This document shows positions 45,220 to 54,510 of a stretch of DNA of 55,921 nt, in pieces (within the stretch, counting starts at the first letter, position 1; every line of letters begins with the position of its first letter). Source of the stretch: a virus (Duplodnaviria > Heunggongvirae > Uroviricota > Caudoviricetes); the IMG/VR virus record IMGVR_UViG_2541047806_000003, positions 1 through 55,921 of that record. One strand, written 5' to 3'. Under the pieces are notes generated by a model that saw nothing but the letters and a program-made list of their open reading frames with translations, was not told where the DNA came from and made no database searches. Made by a program: the position numbers and the translations under genes.

Positions 45220-45250
45220 TAATGTCACCTCCGGATGTTTACATTTTGTA

Positions 45251-45541
45251 TTAATGGTAGCGGACTTTATCCAGGGGTTTTTCCCCTAAATGGCGTGGTT
45301 GCGTTGCGTGGTAGTAGCTGCCGCTTTCATTTTCCGTATACCATTTTACTGATCCTTTGCGACGTTCTTTAATGCTATTTGGTTTGCATCTTTCCTCGTT
45401 TGCAAATCGAATAGCTTTATCCACATTGTCTGTTTTATTGATTGCAGGTGATGATTTTCTTTCGTTTTCTCTTTTTATCCTTCTGCGTTCCCTGGCATTC
45501 ATTTTGCTATCACATTTACCATATATAATTGTAACGCTCAT
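45251..45541 (-). CDS. N-like transcription antiterminator (P22 gene 24-like)
   Basis: 96 aa; N-terminus MSVTIIYGK plus Arg-rich motif NARERRRIKRENERK; first gene of leftward operon. Confidence 0.55.
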   Translation of the reverse strand: MSVTIIYGKCDSKMNARERRRIKRENERKSSPAINKTDNVDKAIRFANEERCKPNSIKERRKGSVKWYTENESGSYYHATQPRHLGEKPLDKVRYH

Positions 45542-45597
45542 AATCTGATCTCCGTATATCCTTGATGATACTTAATAAAAAATCATCTTCGTTAATT

Positions 45598-45636
45598 GCC
45601 GCACTTCCAGCGGCTGACCAGATTGTTAATGAGCGG
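45598..45636 (-). promoter_or_regulatory. Candidate nutL (boxA-like CGCTCATTAACAA followed by boxB-like hairpin GCCGC-TGGAAGT-GCGGC)
   Basis: Read on minus strand in leader upstream of N-like gene; boxA resembles rrn/lambda boxA. Confidence 0.35.
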
Positions 45637-45889
45637 CTTAACATCTTTCAACTAATCCCGCAATCATCGCCGTTCCCGGCGTGACCTTGCTCACTCCAAG
45701 CAAGCTGACTCGTCGCCTTGCGTGCGGTTTCGTGGGGGATGTAACGCTTTAAACACCCCATGCGCCTTGTTATCAGTGCCGCTTTCGGTCCCCCATCGGG
45801 GAGTTACTCCACGGTTGACAAGGTGTTAAGCCTGATTTTTAAAGTGCCAGGAAGTTGCTTTTGTTACCTGCGCCCTTCCTTTGACTCGC

Positions 45890-45918
45890 AATATACGCCC
45901 CGTAAAACATCGAGTCAA
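45890..45918 (-). promoter_or_regulatory. Candidate pL promoter (TTGACT-N17-TATATT)
   Basis: Hexamers on minus strand; CCATTTTGTA motif abuts the -35. Confidence 0.3.
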
Positions 45919-46010
45919 TCCATTTTGTATACTTTTTTAAAATATTTTATATGCCATTGATATTTAAATAATAAATAACGTTTCCTGTTTACGTTTTGGT
46001 GTTTTCCAGG

Positions 46011-46035
46011 CAAAGAAAAGCCGCCATTCGGCGGC
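46011..46035 (-). terminator. Terminator after repressor gene
   Basis: Stem GCCGCC/GGCGGC then TTTTCTTTG on minus strand. Confidence 0.55.
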
Positions 46036-46041
46036 TAATGT

Positions 46042-46689
46042 TTATGGCAGGTTTACGATCTTCGCATCAACCACCACGCCTATAATTTTTGATTCTGGAT
46101 TCATAGGGATTGGCGGATACAGCGGATTGAGCGAACGTAAAAGCCTTTGACCTCCATCAATAATCAACTGTTTAAACGTCGGTATCTGCCCTTCCTCAAG
46201 CTGGGCTATAACCAGTTTGCCGTCAATAGCTGGCGCGTGCGGGTCCACAAGTATCATCGTCCCCGCCGGGATGCTCAACCCCTGCGGCGCGTTCATTGAT
46301 TCACCTTTGGCAACCAGCCAGTAACTGTCATCTGAACAAATAACGCTAGTCGTAACGTGTCGTAATGCTGAACGCCTTGCGTCATCCATATTGTTTACTG
46401 TGTCCTTCCAGTCAATAACCGGGTAACTACCTAAATCACGCGGCGGCACGGCCTGAAGTGTATTAGAAACAGAATCATCAATGACCATACCATCATGTGT
46501 AACAGTGAACTGCCGACGACCAAGCTCTCGCATAATCCGCGCAATATCTTCAAGATTTGGCTCGCGGCGACCGTTCAGCCAGTGTGACAGGCCGCCTTTA
46601 GTTATCCCCATGCGATCCGCTAGTGAATCCTGGCTCATGCCCTGCGCCCGCATGAGCTGCTTTGCTAAGTCATACCATTTTGTTTTCAT
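46042..46689 (-). CDS. CI-type prophage repressor (HTH plus S24/LexA-like peptidase)
   Basis: 215 aa; N-terminal HTH (QDSLADRMGITKGGLSHW), C-terminal S24 Ser-Lys region (AKGESMN ... IIGVVVDAK). Confidence 0.85.
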   Translation of the reverse strand: MKTKWYDLAKQLMRAQGMSQDSLADRMGITKGGLSHWLNGRREPNLEDIARIMRELGRRQFTVTHDGMVIDDSVSNTLQAVPPRDLGSYPVIDWKDTVNNMDDARRSALRHVTTSVICSDDSYWLVAKGESMNAPQGLSIPAGTMILVDPHAPAIDGKLVIAQLEEGQIPTFKQLIIDGGQRLLRSLNPLYPPIPMNPESKIIGVVVDAKIVNLP

Positions 46690-46994
46690 GTCGCTACCCT
46701 ATAACCTCAAAAAGTTTGATGCAAGTCACAAAACGTGTATTTTAAGCCTTGATCTTAAAATTCCATTTTGTAAACTTGCAGACAAGGTAAGGCCATACTT
46801 GCAAAGACGCAAGGAAAAAGATAACGGAAGGCACAAAAAGGCACTTACCTTAAGCTCTTTAAAAATCCGGTGTCGCTGCGAAGCGAAAAACAAATATCAC
46901 GCAACGGCGGGATCTGTTGAGCGGTCAGTCACTGCTATCTAATGCTAATGGGATGCCCGCCCGCGCGTTCACTCTAACCATAGGAGAAAACACG
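46690..46994. promoter_or_regulatory. Divergent repressor/early promoter-operator region
   Basis: Intergenic; inverted repeats CTTGC-N6-GCAAG (ACTTGCAAAGACGCAAGG) and CTTGCAGACAAG; CCATTTTGTA motif at 46763. Confidence 0.4.
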
Positions 46995-47252
46995 ATGAGT
47001 ATGCACATGATGAATGAAGTATGGAACGTAAAACTTAACAGCCCGATTCAAAAACTTGTCTTAATGGCTCTGGCTGAAAAGGCAGATAACAAAGGACGGG
47101 TACATGATGCATCACGCAAAGAAGTAGCCGCAATGTGTGAACTTCCTGTTCATACGGTACATGATGCCTTCGCCGCGTTAATGGATAAAGGATTTGTTTG
47201 TCGTCTTGATGCATTCAGTGATGTCTATGTAGTGATGTTGCCGGAGGGATGA
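46995..47252 (+). CDS. Winged-helix DNA-binding protein at Cro/CII position
   Basis: 85 aa from ATG 46995 (SD AGGAG); KLVLMALAEKADNKGRVHDASRKEVAAMCELPVHTV resembles HTH of replication-initiator-type proteins. Confidence 0.45.
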   Translation: MSMHMMNEVWNVKLNSPIQKLVLMALAEKADNKGRVHDASRKEVAAMCELPVHTVHDAFAALMDKGFVCRLDAFSDVYVVMLPEG

Positions 47253-47255
47253 TCT

Positions 47256-48308
47256 ATGAAGTGGTTTAAGCATGACAGCGATGCGAACCGCGATGAAAAA
47301 CTTCAAAACGTTTTGTTAGATTATGGCCTGGAAGGGTACGGGCTTTATTGGTATTGCCTAGAACTAATAACTTATGACGTAGATCAGCACAATCTAACTT
47401 TTGACCTACGACATGACGCAAGAATAATTGCGCGAAACGTCGGATCTACTGAAAAACGTATAGAAGAAATGATGAAATACTTCATCGAAATTGGTTTGTT
47501 TGAATGTTCTCAAGGCCACATAACTTGTTTAAAGTTATTGAAAAGGCTGGACCAATCAATGACTTCTAAAAGCGCTTACAGGGCCGCCATAAACACAGCG
47601 AAGGAGCAATTAAAATTAGAAAAGTTAATCAATCCAACACAAAAAGGTCATGATAGGGTCATGACCGGGTCAGGAAAGGGTCATGAATTAGAATTAGAAG
47701 TAGAAAAAGAAAGAGAAAAAGATATATACACTTCGTGTATTGTCGAAAATGAACAAAAAATGGTCAATCAGGATGGCGTAAACGAAGCGGCATTGCGTTG
47801 CCTTGCCTTCTACAACGACAAGGCAGGATGCAAATGTCGTGATGCTAAGCCATTCGTAGAACTACTGACAGAAACAAAAACACGTAAAGCGTATACGGAG
47901 AATGAGATCACGTTAGTAATTGAGTGGGCTTTAACCCAATGGCGTAGCCGTGGTGGAGTACCTAAGCCTATCAACATTTGCCGGGTAACTAAGTTTGATG
48001 GGTATTTGGCTGATGCTGAACAATGGCGCAAGCTATCAGTTACTGTAAACGCTGCCGACGTGGTGGAAGCATTTAACAGCACGTTTGACGGCCTGTTACC
48101 ACCTGCCGAACTGGATCGGGATCTTGAACGCAAGATCTATGCGTTCACTGACTACCTGAAAGACAAAAGCATTAACGGCTTTGTCGCCTACTTCGAAACG
48201 TTCAAAAACACGGCTTCAGATTTTTACTTCGGCAATGGCTTCACTGCGACACTTGATTTCCTGCTTAAACCAAAAACGCTACGTGATACTCGCGCGGGCG
48301 CTCTTTGA
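47256..48308 (+). CDS. Replication initiation / replisome organiser protein (DnaD-like N-terminal domain)
   Basis: 350 aa; N-terminus MKWFKHDSDANRDEKLQNVLLDYGLEGYGLYWYCLELI matches phage replisome-organiser pattern. Confidence 0.7.
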   Translation: MKWFKHDSDANRDEKLQNVLLDYGLEGYGLYWYCLELITYDVDQHNLTFDLRHDARIIARNVGSTEKRIEEMMKYFIEIGLFECSQGHITCLKLLKRLDQSMTSKSAYRAAINTAKEQLKLEKLINPTQKGHDRVMTGSGKGHELELEVEKEREKDIYTSCIVENEQKMVNQDGVNEAALRCLAFYNDKAGCKCRDAKPFVELLTETKTRKAYTENEITLVIEWALTQWRSRGGVPKPINICRVTKFDGYLADAEQWRKLSVTVNAADVVEAFNSTFDGLLPPAELDRDLERKIYAFTDYLKDKSINGFVAYFETFKNTASDFYFGNGFTATLDFLLKPKTLRDTRAGAL

Positions 48309-48441
48309 CCAACAACGATCCGCAAAAATCCAAAATTACCCACAAAACAATCTCACCAGCGAGCTAAATCGCATTGGGTGCTACACTTGCTTACCTTTTT
48401 GCGATTAGCTCGTCAGAGAACTATTCAGAGAGGATTTTAAA

Positions 48442-48543
48442 ATGGACGGTAAACGCATGTTCGCCCTGGCTTTTGCCATCGCTGCGGCTATCGCAGTTAA
48501 CGTCGCCTTGTTCGGCGGTTTGTTCCTTCTAGTCAATCCATAA
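48442..48543 (+). CDS. Small hydrophobic peptide MDGKRMFALAFAIAAAIAVNVALFGGLFLLVNP
   Basis: 33 aa, SD GAGG. Confidence 0.3.
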   Translation: MDGKRMFALAFAIAAAIAVNVALFGGLFLLVNP

Positions 48544-48683
48544 CCTACCTACCAGTCTGTAAATCGAAAATTAGCCACCTGATAGCGCCTCTGACGCAAT
48601 AAGACACTGCAACCTGTGCAAATGGGTTACGCGGTGGAATTTTGCGTTGTAGCGCGTCTGAGGTGTTTTAAGGAGTTGGATCG

Positions 48684-49595
48684 ATGTGTAAGTTAACACA
48701 TGAGGAACATGTTGCCGCTATTGCGAAAGTTAATCCTGATGTTGAAGTGCTGGGGAAAATTATTAATAGCAAAACAAAAGTATTATGCCGCTGCAGAGTT
48801 TGCGATCATGAGTGGTCGCCTAGACCTACCGACCTAAAATACGGGAAAGGCTGCCCGAAATGTTCTGGTCACACAAAGTTGTCGCATGAAGAACATGTTA
48901 AGGCTATTGCGAAAGTTAATCCTGATGTTGAAGTGCTGGGAGAAATAACGAACGTCGATATAAAAGTATTATGCCGCTGCAAAGTTTGTAATCATGAGTG
49001 GTTGCCGCGGCCTAGCTTTCTTAAACGGGGGAGTGGCTGCCCGAAATGTCGCGGTGGTAGTGATAGACTGTCACACGAGGAACAAGTCACGGATATTGCT
49101 AAGGTTAATCATGATATTGAAGTACTAGGGAGAATTACAGGCAGCCTGAAAAAAGTATTGTGCCGCTGCAAAGTTTGTGGCCATAAAAGGATGTGTACAC
49201 CCCACAACCTTAAGCGCGGCGACGGCTGTCCAAAATGCGCAAAATACGGCTTTCTTCGTCATGAGCGCGGTAAACTTTACATCATGACTGACGATCTGGA
49301 AGTGCCTACACAAATGAAAATTGGTGTAAGCGTTAAGGAGAACGAGCGAAGAAATGAAATATTAAAAAGCGCACATAAAGCAGGTGTTAGAATTCCTGAT
49401 TTGCATATCGTGAAAACGTTAGAAGGGCCAACTGAAAATATCCATGAATTAGAAAGCACGATGCATAAGGCTTTTAGCAATTATAAAATTAACTTCCCTG
49501 TAAAATTTGATGGTAGTAATGAGTTTTTCTATTACAGGCCGGAAGTATTCGACATGGTAGAAGAAGCATATAAAGAGATTGTTTGCTGTCAATGA
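48684..49595 (+). CDS. T5orf172/GIY-YIG-like domain protein with three N-terminal zinc-ribbon repeats (possible free-standing homing endonuclease)
   Basis: 303 aa; three repeats of about 62 aa each with CRCxVC...GCPKC; C-terminal GKLYIMTDD...KIGVS...GSNEFF. Confidence 0.5.
   Translation: MCKLTHEEHVAAIAKVNPDVEVLGKIINSKTKVLCRCRVCDHEWSPRPTDLKYGKGCPKCSGHTKLSHEEHVKAIAKVNPDVEVLGEITNVDIKVLCRCKVCNHEWLPRPSFLKRGSGCPKCRGGSDRLSHEEQVTDIAKVNHDIEVLGRITGSLKKVLCRCKVCGHKRMCTPHNLKRGDGCPKCAKYGFLRHERGKLYIMTDDLEVPTQMKIGVSVKENERRNEILKSAHKAGVRIPDLHIVKTLEGPTENIHELESTMHKAFSNYKINFPVKFDGSNEFFYYRPEVFDMVEEAYKEIVCCQ
48693..49253. repeat. Three tandem repeats of about 186 bp inside ORF 48684-49595
   Basis: Near-identical stretches such as GCTATTGCGAAAGTTAATCCTGATGTTGAAGTGCTGGG and GTATTATGCCGCTGCA-AGTTTG recur. 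Confidence 0.6.
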
Positions 49596-49628
49596 ATATA
49601 CAAAATGTATACCGGAGGATATAACATT

Positions 49629-50747
49629 ATGTGTCAAAGAAAGATTAGTGATGAACAGCTAATCACTGAACATAACAACGGTCTAACGTATAAACAGATC
49701 GCCGAAAAGTACGGAATGGCAAAACGCAACGTCGAACGGCTGGGCGCACGGTTGGCGAAACGCGGTTTAATATCCACGCGCCGCGCTCCTGGTTTTGGCG
49801 TCAATGCTGAGTCATTGCTCGTCGATAAGGATGGCAATGTGATTATGCGCTGGATTAAAACAGCCCGTGACCGCGATGAAATGGAAATGCTAATGCAATC
49901 GGCTTGTGATGCTTTCACGGAAGAGATACCACGCGCGGAGGCCGTGCCAGTGCCGGAAATTGATTTTCAAAAAAGCCTGGCCCTTTATCCGGTATTCGAT
50001 CTGCATATCGGGGCGCTTGCTCATAAAGCTGAATGCGGTGAGAGCTACGACACCGGGATCGCTGAACGCGTGCTAAATGACTTCTTCGACTACGCGGTAG
50101 GCGCTGCGCCAATGTCTGAAAAGGCTGTTTTGCTTCTCGGCGGTGATGTGCTTCACACTGACGGCCTGTTACCAGTGACGCCATCAAGTAATCACGTTTT
50201 AGATTGTGATTCACGCTACGCAAAACTGGTTTATGTGGCGATCCGGTCGGTCCGGCGTGCGGTCGGGAAGATGTTACTAAATCATAAGGATGTCGAGATC
50301 CAGGTATTATCCGGTAATCACGACCAATCAGGTATGATTTGGCTACGTGCTGCGCTGGCGGCTTTTTACGAAGATGAACCGCGTGTGACGGTTGATGTGT
50401 CACCTGCTATCGTCCATCACACACAGTACGGCAAAACATTTCTTGCTTACCACCACGGGCACACTATCAAAAAGCCAGAAAATTTACTTTCTGCCTGCGT
50501 TTCTGACTGGCGGGAGGATTTCGGCAAGTCGTCGTCTGTTTACGCTCATTGTGGACACTGGCATCACCAACGGCTGATTGAATCATCGTTGGGCGTTGTT
50601 GAGTACCACGGCACGTTAGCTGGCAAAGACGCTTATTCAACGAATGGCGGCTGGCGGTCGCGGCGGCTGGCTGCGGTAATAATTTACAGTCCTGATCATG
50701 GGGAAATCGGGCGCTTTGTTTATTACCCTGAATATTCCATTTTGTAA
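49629..50747 (+). CDS. HTH-containing calcineurin-like metallophosphoesterase
   Basis: 372 aa from ATG 49629 (SD GGAGGA); motifs DLHIG, GGDVLH, GNHD, HHGH, GHWHH; N-terminal HTH (LTYKQIAEKYGMAKRNVERL). Confidence 0.55.
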   Translation: MCQRKISDEQLITEHNNGLTYKQIAEKYGMAKRNVERLGARLAKRGLISTRRAPGFGVNAESLLVDKDGNVIMRWIKTARDRDEMEMLMQSACDAFTEEIPRAEAVPVPEIDFQKSLALYPVFDLHIGALAHKAECGESYDTGIAERVLNDFFDYAVGAAPMSEKAVLLLGGDVLHTDGLLPVTPSSNHVLDCDSRYAKLVYVAIRSVRRAVGKMLLNHKDVEIQVLSGNHDQSGMIWLRAALAAFYEDEPRVTVDVSPAIVHHTQYGKTFLAYHHGHTIKKPENLLSACVSDWREDFGKSSSVYAHCGHWHHQRLIESSLGVVEYHGTLAGKDAYSTNGGWRSRRLAAVIIYSPDHGEIGRFVYYPEYSIL

Positions 50748-50765
50748 ACCGGAGGCGATGCCATA

Positions 50766-52187
50766 ATGATAACCGAACAAGTAAACTCATTGCGGCAAGA
50801 AAGAGAATCAGCGGTTATCGGTGGCCTGCTGTTAGGTGGGCTTACTCCTAACGCGCAAGATGTTCTCGCTACGCTTGATCCTGAAGTGTTCACTATTCCG
50901 CTGTATAAGCGGGCTTTTGAAATTATCCGGGCGCAAGCCAGAAACAGAAATCTTATCGACGCCTTGCTGGTTGGTGATGAGATTGGCAACGAAAATTTTG
51001 TACCGCTGATGCAAACGGCGCGATCGTGTCCTTCTGCTGCCAATCTGAAAGGATATGCGCGACTACTACAGGAAGAACACCAGCGGCGGCAAATGCTGGA
51101 ACTAATGGAAGACATTCGCTACAAACTGGAAACGGGGACGCTTGAAGTCGTCAGGGAGACGATGAAAGATTTTGATTCCCGGTATTCAAAATTAAAGGTA
51201 ACAAAAGATCAAATTATCCCGGTGCTGTTGCGCGATGCGGTCCAGGAATACACGGAAGTGTTAAGTAAACGCATGGAGTGTGGCGTGAACTCTGACAACA
51301 TCAAAACAGGGATTGACCCACTCGACGAAATGTTAGGCGGCATTAACGCTACTGATCTGGTGCTTATCGCCGGACGCCCAGGGTCTGGTAAATCGGCGTT
51401 GGCGTTGGCAATTGCCCGCGCGGCGGCTGAACGTCCATACCCTGGCGGCGAAGGTCAGCGGGTCGGCGTTTTGCTGTTCACGCTTGAAATGTCGCTCGAT
51501 CAGATGACTGAACGTGCTATCGCTGGCGCTGGGAACTTATCAACGGATTGCCTACGTAATCCGGTAAAACTGGATGACGAAGGTTGGGCGCACGTCGCCC
51601 AGGGAATGAGTGCCCTTGCCGATCTCGATGTGTGGATTGTTGACGCATCGCAGTTAACGGTTGAGGAAATACGCGCCACCGTCGAACGGATGAAACAGGA
51701 CCATCCTAATCTTGGAATGGTGATGATTGACTACATCGGTTTAATGAAACTGGCTAAGGCCGAACGTCATGATCTCGCCGTAGGGCAATTGTCGTGGTCA
51801 TTGAAAATGATGGCGAAAGAGTTGCGCGTGCCAGTGGCGGCACTGGCGCAATTATCCCGCCGCGTTGAGGAACGACCGAACAAGCGCCCGAACAATTCTG
51901 ATCTGCGTGATTCCGGTAATCTTGAACAGGACGCAGACCGGATCATCATGGTCTACCGCGACGGCTACTACAACGAACAATCGGTTGCCCGCGAATATAT
52001 GGAGATCATCGTTTCAAAAAACCGTCACGGGAAAACGGGGACTGTTTACCAGCGGTTTGACGATAACGGCAACATCATCCCATGCAACCAGGCCCGCGCG
52101 GCGTCCGCTTGCATTCAGTCAATGCAACAACGTCCGGCGGCAAGTCGATTCTCCCCACGAAACAGCCAGAGCAACGCATCTTTTTAA
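50766..52187 (+). CDS. Replicative DNA helicase (DnaB-like)
   Basis: 473 aa; Walker A GRPGSGKS, Walker B-like MVMIDYIG, C-terminal RecA-like fold motifs. Confidence 0.85.
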   Translation: MITEQVNSLRQERESAVIGGLLLGGLTPNAQDVLATLDPEVFTIPLYKRAFEIIRAQARNRNLIDALLVGDEIGNENFVPLMQTARSCPSAANLKGYARLLQEEHQRRQMLELMEDIRYKLETGTLEVVRETMKDFDSRYSKLKVTKDQIIPVLLRDAVQEYTEVLSKRMECGVNSDNIKTGIDPLDEMLGGINATDLVLIAGRPGSGKSALALAIARAAAERPYPGGEGQRVGVLLFTLEMSLDQMTERAIAGAGNLSTDCLRNPVKLDDEGWAHVAQGMSALADLDVWIVDASQLTVEEIRATVERMKQDHPNLGMVMIDYIGLMKLAKAERHDLAVGQLSWSLKMMAKELRVPVAALAQLSRRVEERPNKRPNNSDLRDSGNLEQDADRIIMVYRDGYYNEQSVAREYMEIIVSKNRHGKTGTVYQRFDDNGNIIPCNQARAASACIQSMQQRPAASRFSPRNSQSNASF

Positions 52188-52266
52188 TTAACTTGAGCAA
52201 ACGGCTTACCGGAAAGTTGACCGCTTTCTAGTGGCTGTTTTCGCGCTTAAAACGAGGCGAAAAACA

Positions 52267-52824
52267 ATGAGCATTGAACTTGAAGCAAAAATTATCAATA
52301 TCCTTGAACTTGATGGCATCGACACAATGCACCAGTTACGCCAGAAAACAGGATTATCAGCGGAATATGACGAAGCTGGATGTTTGCCTGAGACAATTAA
52401 ACACTTAATCGACACTGGCATTGTCGAGCGTGTATATACATATTTCGGACCTCGCCGCAGGTTGCTTGGCTATCGAATTAAATATTTGTATGCACAACGT
52501 CGCGATCGTGTGGCATCGTTATTTAGTGACTACAGCGTTAAAAAGCGTATGCGTGACATTAGCGCGGAAACTGGTATTCCGTGGAATTACCTGTCGCGCA
52601 CGCTGCGTTTAATGGTACTGGATGAAACGCTTTGCATAGACACCAATAAGCACGGCCTTAATTTTTACTCACTGTTTAAACCTGGGCGCTTCGGTCACGC
52701 TAATGATCTCGCGTTTGATTTTGACAGCCGCCTGAATGAATACCGGAAAAATAACGGCCTGCTGCCGGATAAACCAGTATTTGAGATCGAAAAACTTAAC
52801 GGTGAAACGGGGTTGGAATTATGA
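52267..52824 (+). CDS. Hypothetical protein
   Basis: 185 aa from ATG 52267 with SD GAGG. Confidence 0.45.
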   Translation: MSIELEAKIINILELDGIDTMHQLRQKTGLSAEYDEAGCLPETIKHLIDTGIVERVYTYFGPRRRLLGYRIKYLYAQRRDRVASLFSDYSVKKRMRDISAETGIPWNYLSRTLRLMVLDETLCIDTNKHGLNFYSLFKPGRFGHANDLAFDFDSRLNEYRKNNGLLPDKPVFEIEKLNGETGLEL

Positions 52825-53027
52825 TACGGGTAATCTTTTATTCAGTTGAAACGTTTGTTGACGATACGCGCGTTTATTATCCGTGGGAAGTATACGACGC
52901 AAAGGTGTATACACCGCCACTGATGCGGAAATATAAACACGTAAAATTTAACCGGGTTTTTGTACCAATGCGTGATGCACTGCGGGTGCTGCGCGGTGAA
53001 TTACGAAACACAATGCGTATTGTGTGA
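52821..53027 (+). CDS. Hypothetical protein
   Basis: 68 aa ORF. Confidence 0.4.
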   Translation: MIRVIFYSVETFVDDTRVYYPWEVYDAKVYTPPLMRKYKHVKFNRVFVPMRDALRVLRGELRNTMRIV

Positions 53028-53036
53028 GGGGCGATC

Positions 53037-53234
53037 ATGAATAAGGAGTTAGATTTAACCATTGAAGACTTTAGCACTATTGCGGAATACATGCGCGGTG
53101 ACGATCCTGATAAACCTGTTGTGGTTGATATGAGATACTTAAAAAGCGCTTTCATGACAAGCTCACGTCTAATTTCTTTGCAGGCGATCATGTATGCGCG
53201 GGCACAGTGGAAAAATAGTAACGATGTATCATGA
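53037..53234 (+). CDS. Hypothetical protein
   Basis: 65 aa ORF. Confidence 0.4.
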   Translation: MNKELDLTIEDFSTIAEYMRGDDPDKPVVVDMRYLKSAFMTSSRLISLQAIMYARAQWKNSNDVS

Positions 53235-53662
53235 GGCAAATAAGATTTGAGATAGTAAATGACGCCGTAAAAGAAAACGCTATCAGGCAGATAAGGGAGA
53301 TACAGCCTGATAGCAAAAGCCCGCTGATAATCACCATCCAGGAGAAAACCCGCTCACTGAGTCAAAACGCGTTGCTTTGGGCGTTGCTGACAGACGTTAG
53401 CGATCAGGTTAACTGGTACGGCAGAAAGCTGTCACCTGAAGACTGGAAGGCGGTATTCACTGCCGGGCTTAAGAAATATGGCGTTGTCCCTAACCTGGAC
53501 AAATCAGGCTTTGTTGTGCTGGGAACATCAACCAGCCGGATGAGTAAAGCGGAATTTAGCGAATTAATCGAACTGATCTACTCGTTCGGTGCTGAACATA
53601 ATGTTCAATGGTCAGGTGATACGAAATTAAACGAGGAATTTATAAAACGCTGGGGGCAATAA
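53231..53662 (+). CDS. ninB: NinB-like recombination protein
   Basis: 143 aa; ITIQEKTRSLSQNALLWALLTDVSDQVNWYGRKLSPEDWK resembles NinB family. Confidence 0.7.
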   Translation: MRQIRFEIVNDAVKENAIRQIREIQPDSKSPLIITIQEKTRSLSQNALLWALLTDVSDQVNWYGRKLSPEDWKAVFTAGLKKYGVVPNLDKSGFVVLGTSTSRMSKAEFSELIELIYSFGAEHNVQWSGDTKLNEEFIKRWGQ

Positions 53663-53838
53663 TGGCTAGTTATTACATGGCTAAACCTACAGGCATTTTG
53701 TATAAGGTTGATGGCGAATACGTTTATTACTTTCACAACCAGGCGCGTGAGTGGCGATTGTGTCACGCGCACTTTAAGCACGAAATAGAAAATCATCCTG
53801 AATATTTTATTAAGGTTGACAATGTAACAGTGGCGTAA
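53662..53838 (+). CDS. Hypothetical small protein
   Basis: 58 aa, TAATG overlap with ninB stop. Confidence 0.35.
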   Translation: MASYYMAKPTGILYKVDGEYVYYFHNQAREWRLCHAHFKHEIENHPEYFIKVDNVTVA

Positions 53839-53853
53839 TTGAGGATAAACAAA

Positions 53854-54510
53854 ATGAGTGAATCAAAAGCAATCGGTGTGATTAGCCATCGCACTAACCC
53901 TGAATGCTACCCATCGTTTGAAGTATCGACATGCAGGGAAGAATATAATTTTGGATCATGTTATTTGGTTGGTGTTCGCGCTGATCGCGACACTTATTCT
54001 GTTATGGCGGCAAGCTGGAAGTTTGATAAATATGCCAATTTATCTAATAAAGATGATGATGGCATGAATAAAGAAAGTGAAATCATTAACGAATTAATCG
54101 AAGATGAGCGGCATGATTGCGATACGCCAGAAGTTACGGAATGGATGGCAGGAGAAAAGCCTCCATGCGGAGTATGGCTTGAGCTTCTAGATCCTGTCGA
54201 TGGTCGGAAATATGTTATTCTGAAATACAAGTATATAAGTGATCGCCTTGCTCTTTTTGTAGAAATGGATGCGCCTGATTTTGAACAAGCCGGGGAATGG
54301 AAGCATTTCGCTCATAAGTTGTATGTAGATCCGAAAGAAAAAACACTGGCTGAAATTGCGTTTGCACTTGCTACTAAGGTTATCGGCGAAGATGCTGCAA
54401 AAGAAATTGATTTTAACCGCGACAACGAATTTTCGTGCGATTATCGCAATATGGCGCAAGCTATTATAGACGGATGTATAGGACACGTTGAATATACGGG
54501 TGGTGAATAA
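53854..54510 (+). CDS. Hypothetical protein
   Basis: 218 aa from ATG 53854 (SD GAGGA). Confidence 0.45.
   Translation: MSESKAIGVISHRTNPECYPSFEVSTCREEYNFGSCYLVGVRADRDTYSVMAASWKFDKYANLSNKDDDGMNKESEIINELIEDERHDCDTPEVTEWMAGEKPPCGVWLELLDPVDGRKYVILKYKYISDRLALFVEMDAPDFEQAGEWKHFAHKLYVDPKEKTLAEIAFALATKVIGEDAAKEIDFNRDNEFSCDYRNMAQAIIDGCIGHVEYTGGE

Noticed and set aside
45650-45870. tRNA gene in the GC-rich stretch between repressor and N-like gene
   Set aside because: No T-loop-like GGTTCGAATCC element or cloverleaf arrangement could be recognised by eye; kept only as a possible structured leader.
45760-45960. Plus-strand 66 aa ORF in the cI-N intergenic region
   Set aside because: No RBS, low-complexity translation, and it overlaps the candidate pL promoter and leader on the other strand.
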